This document shows positions 1 through 11,599 of a stretch of DNA of 40,252 bases, in pieces. The notes under the pieces are model-generated. The model saw only the letters and a list, made by a program, of their open reading frames with translations, did not search any database and was not told where the DNA came from. The position numbers and the translations under genes are program-made. This stretch comes from Octopus bimaculoides (lineage: Eukaryota), in the NCBI RefSeq assembly GCF_001194135.2, contig NC_068982.1, forward strand, positions 151,404,717-151,444,968, in the 5' to 3' direction. Numbering within the stretch: position 1 is the stretch's first letter; each line of letters opens with the position of its first letter.

Positions 1-186
<186 letters not shown>

Positions 187-187
187 T

Positions 188-375
188 GGCGGTAAGCTGG
201 CAGGAACGTTAGCACGCCGAGGAAAATACTTAGTGGCGTTTCGACCGTGTCTACGTTCTAATTTGCCTTTCTTCCTTTTGGGAGTCGATAAAATAAGTGC
301 CAGTTGAGCACTGGGGTCGACGTAATCGAATTACCTACTACCCGAATTTGCTGCTCTTGTGCCATTATTTCAAAC
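188..375 (+). mobile_element. tRNA-derived SINE, family A, decayed
   Basis: Head GGCGGTAAGCTGGCAGGAACGTTAGCACGCC and body GTCGATAAAATAAGTGCCAGTTGAGCACTGGGGTCGACGTAATCGA match the copies at 4112-4570, 10990-11171 and 20028-20234. The B-box region is deleted. Confidence 0.85.
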
Positions 376-388
376 TATTATCATCATA

Positions 389-597
389 AAGGCAGCGAAC
401 TGGCAGAACCGTTACAACGCCAGTCAAAATGCTTAGCGGCATTTATATTCTGACTTCCTTTTCCGCCGAGGTCAATTCTACCTTTCATCCTTTCGGGTCA
501 GTAAGATAAATACCAGTCAAGTACTGCAGTGTTGTAATCCACTGGCTCCTTCCGCAAATTTCAGGCCTTCTGCCTATAGTAGAAAGGATTATTATTG
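389..597 (+). mobile_element. tRNA-derived SINE, family A, tandem to the previous copy
   Basis: GGCAGCGAACTGGCAGAACCGTTA...AATGCTTAGCGGCATTT...CCGCCGAGGTC...CTTTCATCCTTTCGGG, ending TAGAAAGGATTATTATT. Confidence 0.85.
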
Positions 598-902
598 TTG
601 CTATTATTTAGACTTTTAGTAAATTGTCATAATAGTATAGTGACGCTAGATTGAATTGAAATTTAAAGTCTTAGCCAGAAATCTTTTTGAAACACGTGGT
701 TGAATTAACACTTCAAATATAAACATGTGATAGCATTCCTACGTCATACAAATTATGTTTGATTGAATCTTTATAGCGAATCTGAATTTCTTTGTATTTG
801 TTAGTTCAGACGACGAAAAATCTCTAGCTGTTGCTTCAGCGACTGCATCAAGTGTGATACAGAGTAGAAACGAAGGGAATCATTAGCTTTGTAAAAGTAT
901 AT

Positions 903-904
<2 letters not shown>

Positions 905-935
<31 letters not shown>

Positions 936-945
936 TGCATATGTA
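905..945. repeat. (CG)n(CA)n microsatellite
   Basis: Seen directly. Confidence 0.9.
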
Positions 946-984
946 TGTGCACATGGTCGTTGAGTATTTATAGAGACACTTCAA

Positions 985-1200
985 GGTAGATCAGTGTGAC
1001 ATAAGTCGTTACAAACCTGGCCCTTTGAATTACATGTACAAATCGACAGGCTTACACATAGTTTCTCTCAAACCAATATTCCTTTTTCGACTCAGATCGA
1101 TCCAAGAGTTCGGCAACAGCCACCTGTTCAATATTTCACGCAGTGTGTTAAATTTGGAACCTTGTGATTGAGAAGCAAACTTCTTTAGCAATTCACCTAT
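985..1200 (-). mobile_element. Highly decayed SINE fragment(s)
   Basis: GGAACCTTGTGATTGAGAAGCAAACTTCTT resembles the 5' end of the SINE at 23661-24034 (GGAACCATGCGGTTCGGAAGGACGCTTCTT). The CTGGCCCTTTGAATTACA segment resembles an octopus SINE tail from memory. Confidence 0.35.
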
Positions 1201-1539
1201 ATTGTTTCTTTAGTAGAACGATATATTTGTATTAAACGGTGGATTTAATGATAACACTATGCTCAACCTGATTGAGGATCAATCACAATAAACAAAAGAA
1301 GTATTCGGCGACCTACTAATATGCATATTTACATTTACATGTATTACTAATAAGTGTTAAAACAGTTGTTAAAGAAAACCAACGAGAGCAACTCATACAC
1401 AAACACACGTAACGCATACACATGAATATATGTGTAAATATGCATGTGTGTTAAGAGATAGATAGATAAATACAAACACATAGATGAACCGAGGAAGAGT
1501 GCGTATGAAGTTGTGTGTGTGTGAAAGAGAATGTGAGAA

Positions 1540-1596
1540 TGACAAAGAGAGAAAAAGAGAAAGAGACGGAGGAAGAAAAGGGAGAAAGTGGGACAG

Positions 1597-1659
<63 letters not shown>

Positions 1660-1664
1660 AAGAG

Positions 1665-1715
<51 letters not shown>

Positions 1716-1762
1716 AAGAGAGAGAGAAATAGAGGGAGAGAAGGGGAGACAGAGAGATAGAG
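1540..1762. repeat. (GA)n/(GATA)n compound microsatellite
   Basis: Seen directly; it explains ORFs 1393..1791, 1451..1771 and 1484..1678. Confidence 0.95.
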
Positions 1763-2940
1763 TTCAGACAACGATTTATACAGAATTTCACAATAGAAAT
1801 GTATTCATAAATATTACTGTGTGTTACATAGATTTATTTGAAAGTTTCATATTGATTTGCTTGAACACTGCGATAGATATAAATCATATTTATTCTTCCA
1901 ATTCCAATGTGTGTTTGTTTCAAACTTGACCAATGTACGTTTTATTCAAACTTGATTATTACCATTCCCAATATTTGGGATCGTATTTGTTCTCTCGTAT
2001 TCTTTTTTACTCTCTCCTATTTTCTTTACTCTTCTTTTTCTTCATATCTTCTGATCTGTCTTTTTCTATTTTAACCCGTTGATCTTTTCTTCTTTCCGGG
2101 TTGTCGATTTTTCTTTTTCTTTTTTCTTGCTATCTTTTCTTTTCTTTTCTTCTTCCTACCCCACCAAACCACGATAGCGACCAAATATCACCACATCTCC
2201 AACAAACACTACTACATCTCCCACCACAACCATATATATTCCACAGCATACATCACCACAACATCTCCCACAGGAACCTCCACCACCACCAACAATCACA
2301 GAAACAACAGGTTCATAGTTAAACAATATCGACATTTTATATCTTATATGTTACATATAGAATAATTCATACCTCTGCTCTATTTGTCCTTCACCTCTGG
2401 TTTCTTATATTCTTGTTCTTTGTTTTACATTTTGGTCCTTCTCATGTTCTCTTTCCCATCACCATTACCCCACCTTATCCAATATATCTATATAACAACA
2501 AGTTATACATCAGTATTTTAACAATTATGTGTAACTTACCAATGTGGTACCTTAGGAAATACCAAAGATAGAGAGTCTAATTTTTAAACTACATTTTACA
2601 CATTTAGAAGAAAAAAAAATCAAACATTCTTGCTTTACTTTTTAAGAATTCCCCTTTTTTCTGTATGTGGTTTAGTGTTACAAGTTACATAAGAAGAAGA
2701 AGCTATTAAATTTAGCTTCACTAAAATGAAATATTAGAGAAATAGGATTACATGCAGAGAAAATAGAAGTAGGAATCCCTTCAGAAATTGACTGCCATAT
2801 TCAAAATTGAAACTAAAATTACTTTTTACATGAAACTGATTTCGCTTCCTTTTTGCCAAAGATCAAATCGATACGAGTTTGAATTGATAACTTTTTATTT
2901 ATAAAGTCAGATGGGTTGGTTCAGTATTTAGTTCCAACCT

Positions 2941-3092
2941 TTTACGTTCTGAGAGTAAAACCTGCCCAGTTCAACTTCGCCTTCCATCCTTTCGGGGCCG
3001 ATAAGATAAATTATTACTCAAGAAATACGGTCAATATAGTCGGCAGTACTCCTCCGATAAATGTGGACTTGTGCCTATATTAGAAAACAAGA
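2941..3092 (+). mobile_element. 5'-truncated, decayed family A SINE
   Basis: TACGTTCTGAGAGTAAA...CTTCGCCTTCCATCCTTTCGGGGCCGATAAGATAAA...GGACTTGTGCCTATATTAGAAA matches the family A body and tail. Confidence 0.7.
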
Positions 3093-4111
3093 AATCAATT
3101 TATATTTACAGAAAATATTTTCAATTTTAACTGCAACACTCTATATAACTTCAATCAGATTATTGTACAGCTTGGGATATGTTCTTGGCATTTTTATGCA
3201 TAATTTCATCTCTGATGTAGAATACATACGAAAAGAAGAACAGCAACAAAAAATCCAACAAAAACAAAGAAAACTCATAGAACTGCTTGCTATGCTTGCT
3301 AATAGATATATGTCTTAAGTATTTTAAATTTGGTTTCGAAGGAGGAACAGAACGAGCGTTTATTTAGAATACAGGAATAAATAATACATCTTTGAACAAA
3401 CAAGATTTATAATTCGAAACGAAAAACGCTTCTTTTCTAGTTTTGTTAAGTTATTTGTGATATTAAGAATAGAGCTATGATGTACTTCATATGTCATATA
3501 TGAGGTAGGCTTGTGTTCTGCCACATCCAACATGATATATAATGGGTAGGTGATGGATTCCGCTCCATTCCGCATGCTCTGTTCAAAATATTGTATGTTT
3601 GGAAATCGATGGGAGCTACTGTATTCATCTTGTTTATATGCTAGGTAGGTTATGGGCCCTGCTGTGTTCAGCGTGTCGTGTTGAGGAAGCTATAGATCTT
3701 TCGATTTTTAAACTGGGCATGATAAAGTCCTTCTTATACTGAATCAGTTAAAGAAAAAACTAAATAAAGCATACACTCATTTTGCACAAATGTCTGAAAT
3801 AGCGCAAGTTAATTAAGTTATAATTCACTATAATATTAAGTAGCTCCAGGTCAGTCCTGATCCAGCTGACCAATGATGAAATACGATCTACCGGCAAATA
3901 TTCAGACTCTTTCATAAATACAATGCTTGTGGTGGCTATAATGAATACTGTTGACTAGTAATTTTTATGGTTATGTAAATTTGTATGGTGGCCATAGTGG
4001 ATTCCATTGCTATTGTATTTAGAAAAATGCATTTAGACGAAAAGAATTTCCTTTAGTTTTCAAGTAATATCATTTTGGTTAATATTTCGAGGTACTACTA
4101 CAAGTAATAAT

Positions 4112-4334
4112 GGTTTCAAATTTTGCCACAAGGGCAGTCATTTTTTAGTGGGGAGCGGGATGGATGTGTCGTTTACATCGACCCCAGTGTTCAACTGGTA
4201 CTTAATTTATTGACCCCGAAAGGATGAAAGGCAAAGCCGACCTCGGCGGAATTTGAACTCAGAACGTAAAGACAGACTAAATACCGCGAAGCATTTGTCC
4301 CGGTGTGATAATGGTTCTGCCAGCACGCCGCCTT
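4112..4334 (-). mobile_element. tRNA-derived SINE, family A, near full length
   Basis: Reverse complement reads AAGGCGGCGTGCTGGCAGAACC (A-box-like)...GTTCTGAGTTCAAATTCCGCCGAGGTCGG (B-box GTTCAAATTC)...GGGGTCAATAAATTAAGTACCAGTTGAACACTGGGGTCGATG. Flanked by direct repeats at 4094-4111 and 4335-4352. Confidence 0.92.
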
Positions 4335-4352
4335 ACTACTACAAGTGATAAT

Positions 4353-4570
4353 TATTTCTACTCTAGGCACAAGGCCTTGAAATTTTTTGGGGGAGGAGAG
4401 CCAGTCGATTACATCGACCTCAGTGCTTAACTTGTATTTATTTCATCGTTCCCGAAAGGACGAAAAGCAAAGTCGACCTCTGCGGAATTTGAACTCAGAA
4501 CGTAGCGGCAGAGGAAATACCGTTAAGCATTTCGCCTGGCGTGCTAACGATTCTGCCAGCTCGCTGGCTT
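4353..4570 (-). mobile_element. tRNA-derived SINE, family A, with a different 3' tail variant
   Basis: Same head and B-box as 4112-4334 but the tail is TTTCTACTCTAGGCACAAGGCCTTGAAATTT (+ strand). Flanked by direct repeats at 4335-4352 and 4572-4588. Confidence 0.92.
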
Positions 4571-4599
4571 GCTACTACAAGTAATAATAGTAGTAGCAT

Positions 4600-4740
4600 A
4601 TATTTCGTCTGTTGGCCCTAGTTTTGAAGAATGAAAGGTAAATTCCGTGATCGAATTTATCTTTCCTTTCTCTCGGAGCGATAAAATAAAAACGCAGACT
4701 CGTATTGGAATCAATTCAATCAACCATCCCCTCGGCTAAA
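4600..4740 (+). mobile_element. Very decayed family A SINE fragment
   Basis: TATTTCGTCTGT...AAATTCCG...CTTTCCTTTCTCTCGGAGCGATAAAATAA aligns loosely to the family A body. Confidence 0.45.
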
Positions 4741-5816
4741 CTGTCATCACAACTTACGTGATTATTTTTTTCATTTCGATTAATTATTTGTATTCATCAT
4801 TTGTATACTCATCCAGAGGCGCATGACTAATAAAGTCACGGTAGAATGTTAATGGTAATACATATAACAATTTGATACACAGCGGGGAAAATATAAAGAT
4901 AGAATTTAGTGTAGACCAGGCATTAATTTAATATACACTATGCAGATTATACACAAATATGTGCGCAGGCGTTGATGAACAATCTTTTAAGTTTCGTGCA
5001 GCCTGGCGTCGCCACGTATTTTTTATTTTATTTACCCAAGTGCAGCATATCCTTGCGGGATTATCGACATGTATTTTTTTTTCGAAGAGCTTGATATGTA
5101 TATTTCTAAGCCATTGCATTGGTTAATTTAAGAAAGTCTTGAAATAAATATTGTTTCAGATAAGTACCATATTTCTTAGTACGTATGCCACCAGATACAT
5201 TTAAATATTAAATTCATTTTTTGTTGTTGCTTTAAACGAATACCCAGTGAGTACCAGAATGCTTCACAGTATATTTATCACTTTCATATCAACAAATAAA
5301 TCTGGGTGATGTTTATACTAGTATCTGGGATGGAGACTTCTAAATTACTGACAAATCTAGTTCATATACCAACATATTGAGCTTATCTTTATATTGTGAA
5401 GAAGGCAAAAATACTGCACCCAGTGAATAAATTATAGACAGTTTAAGATATCTAACAATTTTCCATGACAAAAAGTAATAGTGTATTAATAATTCATTCA
5501 CGACAATGAATGACTATTATGAGCAAGCCAAATAATTATGCTGCTGATGAATAAAAGACATTATCGCATATAAATAGTATGCCTATCGTCCAATCTATAA
5601 TTGGTAAAACTGGAATAATACAGACAATATTTCTGTAAAATTAACAGGTTAGTTATAAGAAATACACCTAAAACTGTTCCAGAAAATAATGCTAGGGTCT
5701 GTAGGTATTTTGAAATCGTTCTCAATGGAATTTATTCTCTCTCTGAATATTTCAATGCAAAGTCTGCCAAATTGGGTGTGATCTATTAGGAAAAGCTTCT
5801 TCAATGCCCATCTCAA

Positions 5817-5886
5817 ACAACAAGAACAACAACAACAACAACAACGACGACGACGACGACGACAACAACAACAAGAACAACAACAA
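5817..5886. repeat. (AAC)n(GAC)n(AAC)n compound microsatellite
   Basis: Seen directly. Confidence 0.93.
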
Positions 5887-8800
5887 TCGTTCCATCTTCT
5901 GTCCTATCCAGCTTGTTAACGCTAATTTCATAAGTGTGTTCTATTTTTTATTGACCTTTTGAATAGCATTGATGATAATTTCAATCAGACAGAAAGTGGA
6001 CACCTCTTCACTTGAGACTCGCTGATTTTTTGAGGAGACTCATTTTCACTAAACAGGCATTAGCCTTTCTGATAGACAGCCTCTTTTTCATGAGAGAAGA
6101 TCTCCATACCAAAGTACTGCACCTCACGCTCAATGCACAGCCTGTTGGGTTTTTTCTTCTTGCAATCTCGTATTTAAAAAAAAAAAATTCCTCTATTGGT
6201 ATATGTTCATTAATAATTTGTTTGCATTTTTTGTCTGTTTGTTGTTTTCCTTAGTTTAATGGGATATCTTTATCGGGTCGTTCCCATTTAAGAAAGCTTC
6301 ATTATTCTCTTGCAATTAGACAGTAAAATAAAACTGGATTTGTGAAAAAAAGCCGACGTTATTATCAAATTCCGGTACGAGTAGACAGTCCAAAATATTC
6401 AAATAGTCTTTGTTTGAAATAATACCCAATGTAAAACTTAATTCGTACGCGCACACACACACGACACACAGCAACAACAACATCAGCAACACAACGTCCG
6501 TTTTGGCTATCTTGATGACCCGCAAACTTGCTAGTGAGTCAATGACGTGCATAAAATTTTGTTCAGTACTTTGCAAGAATAGTATTTTCCCATTAAATAG
6601 ATGTTGATTTTCTGGTTTGTGTATTTTATCCCTATATTACTAGTTGAAGTACAACCATTGTTACAGAGATAGTTTTGTAACTTTAAACCTAAGATAGCAT
6701 ATTCCCATTTGTAGTATTTTATTTTGTCTCCAGTTCTGTCAAGCATATCTTCACTCACTAAAACAAAGATATCTTTAAACAGGCATTTTAGCCGAAATCT
6801 TAGTTTCTTAACAATGACACATGGGAAATTTGATTATATTTTTTAGCCAGCAGATTTAAGTAAATGATAGAGTATTGTACTTTTAGACGTTATGCATAGT
6901 TACATTCTTAGTTATTTTTGTGCCAAAGCTTTTGCCTAGTTTATAGTGTTCATAGCTAGTAACTTTGTTGTTTTCGTCAGGCTATTTACTTGTTGGTTTT
7001 CAATGGGTGAACGATGGGAGATAATGTAATTAATTGTTTCTTTGTAGACATAACTCGTCCAAGTAGATCTTGCTAGGTAAATATTGTTACTTTGCTACAA
7101 GCATATTTTCTGCTCTAGATTCTGACACTTGGATGCCAAACATATTATTCACATAATTCTCCTATGTCCCATCCATCTATTTAACATAATTAACCAGCTT
7201 GTCTTTAACTCTTTTTTATTTCTTTTTATAAGCTGTTTTTCCTATTCTTCTCTCTCCTTCCCTACTCTAATTATTTTCTTTATTTGTTGGCCTCCCAGGA
7301 AATTGAGAAAACTTTCTCTTGTTTAACTATCTCTGTTAATTGCCTGACATATTTTCGGCAATATATTGTATAAGTTCTTTCTAATGGTTTATATATATAA
7401 AAAAATCTTATTGTAGTTAGATGTCTTCCGCTCGTAGATTAATACTTCCTGTAAATATTCACATTTTGGCATCACCAATTTTCTTGTTTTCTGTCCAATC
7501 TTATTATTTCACTATCAGTACATTTATATTGAATCCTCTTGCTATAACTGAAAATTTTGAAAATAATGCTGCGCAACATTTTCCTATTATTTTATAGTGT
7601 TTTGAGTATTAGTTCTAAAAATCTTTATTTCTGTTGTCTGATTGTCGATTATTTTAGTTAAATGGAGTTTTCTCTCATGGATATTTATAGGTCTGTGTTT
7701 GTTTGTAATCAATCACTTGGTAGCTGTCTCTTTACACAAACATAGATTAGGTCTTTGCAAAGCATGCAATAAACACCAATTTTGCCCCATCAGTTTTAAT
7801 TAATTAATGATTCGCTATTTTGATAAAAAAAAATAACACATCAACAATATATATTACATGCAATTAAAACAACCACATATTGCTAAACCAATTTATTTCA
7901 GCGTGCAGTTTAGACTTTACTGTATCACAATCAAAAATAATTCTAACTCACTTATAGACTTTTCATGAGTGAGATTTATCAGAAAAGTCCGTTGAAGGTT
8001 TCAGCATCTTTCAAAATCCGTGTCATTTTCCCTGTAAATTCTCTTCCATTGTTTTTATATCACGTAGAAAATATTGCTGTTTCGTTTAACTCGCTAACCT
8101 TTAGTGGAAATAGCAGATTTTGATGCTCACGTTATATCCAAGCTTATTAAAACTGCAATGTATACTCTCTAATAATTTAGAGTAGTTGTTTGTCTCATAG
8201 TTGAAAAGCAGAACAAAAGAAGGCTATGCACGAACCTCAATGTTACCTGATGGATCTACGAAGTATAAATCTTTGAAATGCTCTTTCTTCTGGGAGCCAT
8301 AAAAAATCCCTGCATTTTTTTCACAAAAGCAAGCCCTTCCCTTTTTTGCTAAAGCAAGCCTCTCCCCTTTTCAATGCCCTTAAAACTCACCATTAATCAT
8401 TGTTGCTGATGTAGATTCTTCTAACTCTCCTTACATTTGTATTATATCCTGTATTTTCACTTTTATTTAATCCTCATTAATTTTCACTTATTACAAAAAT
8501 AGCTGAATGCAATATGTTATATTTTCTTTATTACAGTTGAATAAAACAGTTAAAGTAATTTATAAAAATTAATTTTGCACACCCATTATATTGATGTCAA
8601 TTAAAAGTTCATAAACGACTTCTTGTTACAACATGCCCTGTTCTTTTGAATTAAATAGTTTTGTCATCTCATTCCGAATCTGACTCCACGCACCTTCCAT
8701 TTTAAAAACGGTGCTCAAATCTTTCTTTTTTTATAACCCAATGAAATATCCGTCTTGTTTATTTCTTGACTTCAACATGTACCTGCAGATGTTCAAAATG

Positions 8801-9789
8801 AAATAACTAAAAATGAATCGAGTATATCTGCTTTATCAGTCTCTGAGAAGGTATAGAAAACAACGACTAAGTTAATTTCTTCTACTCGTTATACTACTTG
8901 ATTGTGTGAGAACCTCTTAGCTGTAAGATTCAGGCGTTCACTTTGCAACTACATGGTTTTGGGTCCAACCAAGTAACATACCGTTTATGATAGACTTTGA
9001 AGAACCAAAACTCCGTGAATGTCAAAGAGACTCTTGCTATGAGACGCTGAAATTTTTTTAACCGTGTGCCTTGGATGTTTTCAACGCAGTCTACTCTTTT
9101 GCAAGCCTTCCGGTCGGATTTCCAGAATGATAACCCCATTTCTTCCTCTCTTTCACCCTTTCTCTTGCCAGTTTTTGAGACATAGAAACATTTTTTTGGT
9201 AATGTCCTTCCTTCTATAACTAGCTGATTAAAGCTAAAATAACTATAAAAGATATATAAAAATTAATAAAAATATAATTAAAACATTGTTTCGTGTAAAC
9301 TGAGGTTCAGGTTGTGAAGAGAATTGATTATGGTTTTATTAAGAAAACTAAAATAATTAATTTAGTTCTAGAATCGTATGTTTACATAGATCATAAGCGA
9401 GATGTAAACGGTGACAGGCATAATGAGAAAGCCTTATCTGTTTTTGAAAAATGAAATTGTTGTTGCGAATAAATGTGGAAAACTATATAAATTCGTCCAA
9501 CATGAAAGAGAAGCGCTATGATCTTGTAAGGTTCTCAAATTGAATAATCTAACAATCATAACAGAATGACTGCTGAAACATCAGCTAATTTAAATAATGG
9601 AAATGAACAACAAGTACACCTTGTAATATAAGGCTGCTAGATTGAAAACATAGTGTAACAAGTTACTAAATTTGGAAAATATTACTATTGATATGTTGTA
9701 ATGAGATTGTGGGATAAACATGAGTTCTCACAAATGAATAATTGAATAATATTCTATGTAGGTGACATGCATTGTCATAATGAATGACA

Positions 9790-9960
9790 GGTCAGGCGTC
9801 TCTATATATTTTAAGGAACGAAACAATGAGAATAAAACTCATAATTTTAGACCAATAAACTTCAAGTTGAAAGCTATTCGAGCAGATCTTTACCAATAAT
9901 GTACTTGCACCACTGATCGTGTTTAAACACCGAGATTCCCAGGAGTTAATTATAAGACAT
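9790..9960 (+). mobile_element. Possible ancient non-LTR reverse transcriptase fragment
   Basis: My translation gives ...THNFRPINFKL then, after a frameshift, KLFEQIFTNNVLAPLI. This loosely resembles the RT N-terminal YRPISLL...KxFExxxxxRL signature. Weak. Confidence 0.2.
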
Positions 9961-10384
9961 CTAAAAATAGCGCAAGAAAGAAAGGATGTTGATGAAAATG
10001 ATGGGAAGCAAAAGAGCAATTACTAATAGGTAAATTTATCATCTAGGATTATGAAGGTAACACACATTCCTAGAAATAGAATATAACGATTATAAAGTAA
10101 AAAAGAAAAAAAAAACATAGATCTTGCGATTAGATCAGGTTCTTGAGATGAGAAGTGAAGAAGTCAATATACGAAATCTGATATTAAATTCAAATGAAAT
10201 TATTCTATTTTGACTTTATTCTATTTAGAAACTGTTGATTTAGGAAGCATTGCGATCAATACTGAATGATAGATTGTCCTGAAAAATACTTAAAACACAA
10301 TTATGATGTAATGTAATCGCAGTCCTCATAAGAAGGCTAAACTCTACTATTTTAAGTGCTGTATATATATATATATATATATAT

Positions 10385-10834
10385 NNNNNNNNNNNNNNNN
10401 NNNNNNNNNNNNNNNNNNNNNNNNNNNNNNNNNNNNNNNNNNNNNNNNNNNNNNNNNNNNNNNNNNNNNNNNNNNNNNNNNNNNNNNNNNNNNNNNNNNN
10501 NNNNNNNNNNNNNNNNNNNNNNNNNNNNNNNNNNNNNNNNNNNNNNNNNNNNNNNNNNNNNNNNNNNNNNNNNNNNNNNNNNNNNNNNNNNNNNNNNNNN
10601 NNNNNNNNNNNNNNNNNNNNNNNNNNNNNNNNNNNNNNNNNNNNNNNNNNNNNNNNNNNNNNNNNNNNNNNNNNNNNNNNNNNNNNNNNNNNNNNNNNNN
10701 NNNNNNNNNNNNNNNNNNNNNNNNNNNNNNNNNNNNNNNNNNNNNNNNNNNNNNNNNNNNNNNNNNNNNNNNNNNNNNNNNNNNNNNNNNNNNNNNNNNN
10801 NNNNNNNNNNNNNNNNNNNNNNNNNNNNNNNNNN
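10385..10834. other. Assembly gap (450 N) flanked by (TA)n
   Basis: Run of N. Confidence 1.
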
Positions 10835-10989
10835 ATATATATATATATATATATATATAGTGTAAGAGGATAATTCTATAACTTCGTTAAACTGAAGAAC
10901 AAAAATAAAAAATTGGACTGCAGCTGGAAGTGTTCAGGTGACACCGATGCGAATGGAGAAATAAATTGAAAGGTATAATGAATAAACGC

Positions 10990-11171
10990 TCCAAATTTTT
11001 GGCAACGGTGACAGTCGATTAGATCGACCCAGTACGCAACTGGTAATTAATTTATCGATCCCGAAAAACAAAGTCGACCACGGTGGAGTTTGACCTCAGA
11101 ACGTAAAGACAGACGAAATACTGCTAAGCATGTTGCTCGGCGTGCGAACGTTTCTGCCATCTCGCCGCCTT
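10990..11171 (-). mobile_element. tRNA-derived SINE, family A
   Basis: + strand GTCGATTAGATCGACCCAGTACGCAACTGG...CTCAGAACGTAAAGACAGACGAAATACTGCTAAGCAT...TTTCTGCCATCTCGCCGCCTT. Confidence 0.88.
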
Positions 11172-11599
11172 CGAATATAAATATACATTACAACAATAGG
11201 GCACCGAGTGGTAAAACTCAATAGTATAAAGTATACACATATACACGAATAAAAGTTGATAAAACCTTATAGGGTAATACGAGTGAAATCGAATGAAGAA
11301 AAAATATATGGAATAAGTTAATGCATAATAAAGGCGACTAATAATTTAAGGCAATGGAGCTAAAATAATATAAATATAAATATATGAAAATACAAGAATA
11401 TAAATATAAAAAATAAAGTGTAAGGTAACCAGAACAGAGCCCATTCAAGCCCATTCAAGCCCATCTCTAGGATAGTTTCAAAGGATGCTGATTCTCATCG
11501 TCAGTGTACAATCCATTAAGGAAATCCAAAGGCAACACCTTTTCATCAGGAGAAAACTTACAAAGGCTTCACATTTCTGGTTATCACATTGTTCAACAA

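Noticed and set aside
2101-2500. H/Q/T/P-rich ORF 2101..2322 and a G/C-rich antisense reading (GGGGSCGRCCGDVCCG)
   Set aside because: Low-complexity CAC/CAA-rich DNA; the Cys-rich reading needs frameshifts and has no start or splice support.
2541-2722. Minus-strand segment bounded by AG and GTAAGT
   Set aside because: All three frames contain stops; at best a non-coding exon, with no further support.
4094-4588. Repeat-spacer-repeat pattern as a CRISPR-like array
   Set aside because: The spacers are about 220-bp SINEs and the repeats are TSDs; eukaryotic context and no cas genes.
4950-5060. GC-richer patch with GCGCAGGCG and CCACGT as a promoter
   Set aside because: The motifs are short and common, and no linked transcript is evident.
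5400-6430. Protocadherin-like pseudogene (IIGKTGIIQT, TGISLSDR, YQIPVRVD fragments)
   Set aside because: No intact DxNDN, LDRE or AxDxG motif; the fragments are in different frames with many stops, so the resemblance is within chance.
6550-7700. Third PLE remnant on the minus strand
   Set aside because: Only vague similarity (IKYYKWEYAIL...NNGC); no diagnostic motif is recoverable by eye.
8390-9240. Protein-like minus-strand frames interrupted mainly by TAA (alternative genetic code, or cullin/PRR5-like pseudogene), including ORF 8930..9139
   Set aside because: TAA is the expected commonest stop in AT-rich decayed DNA, and TGA/TAG also occur nearby. No family can be assigned; old TE debris is more likely.
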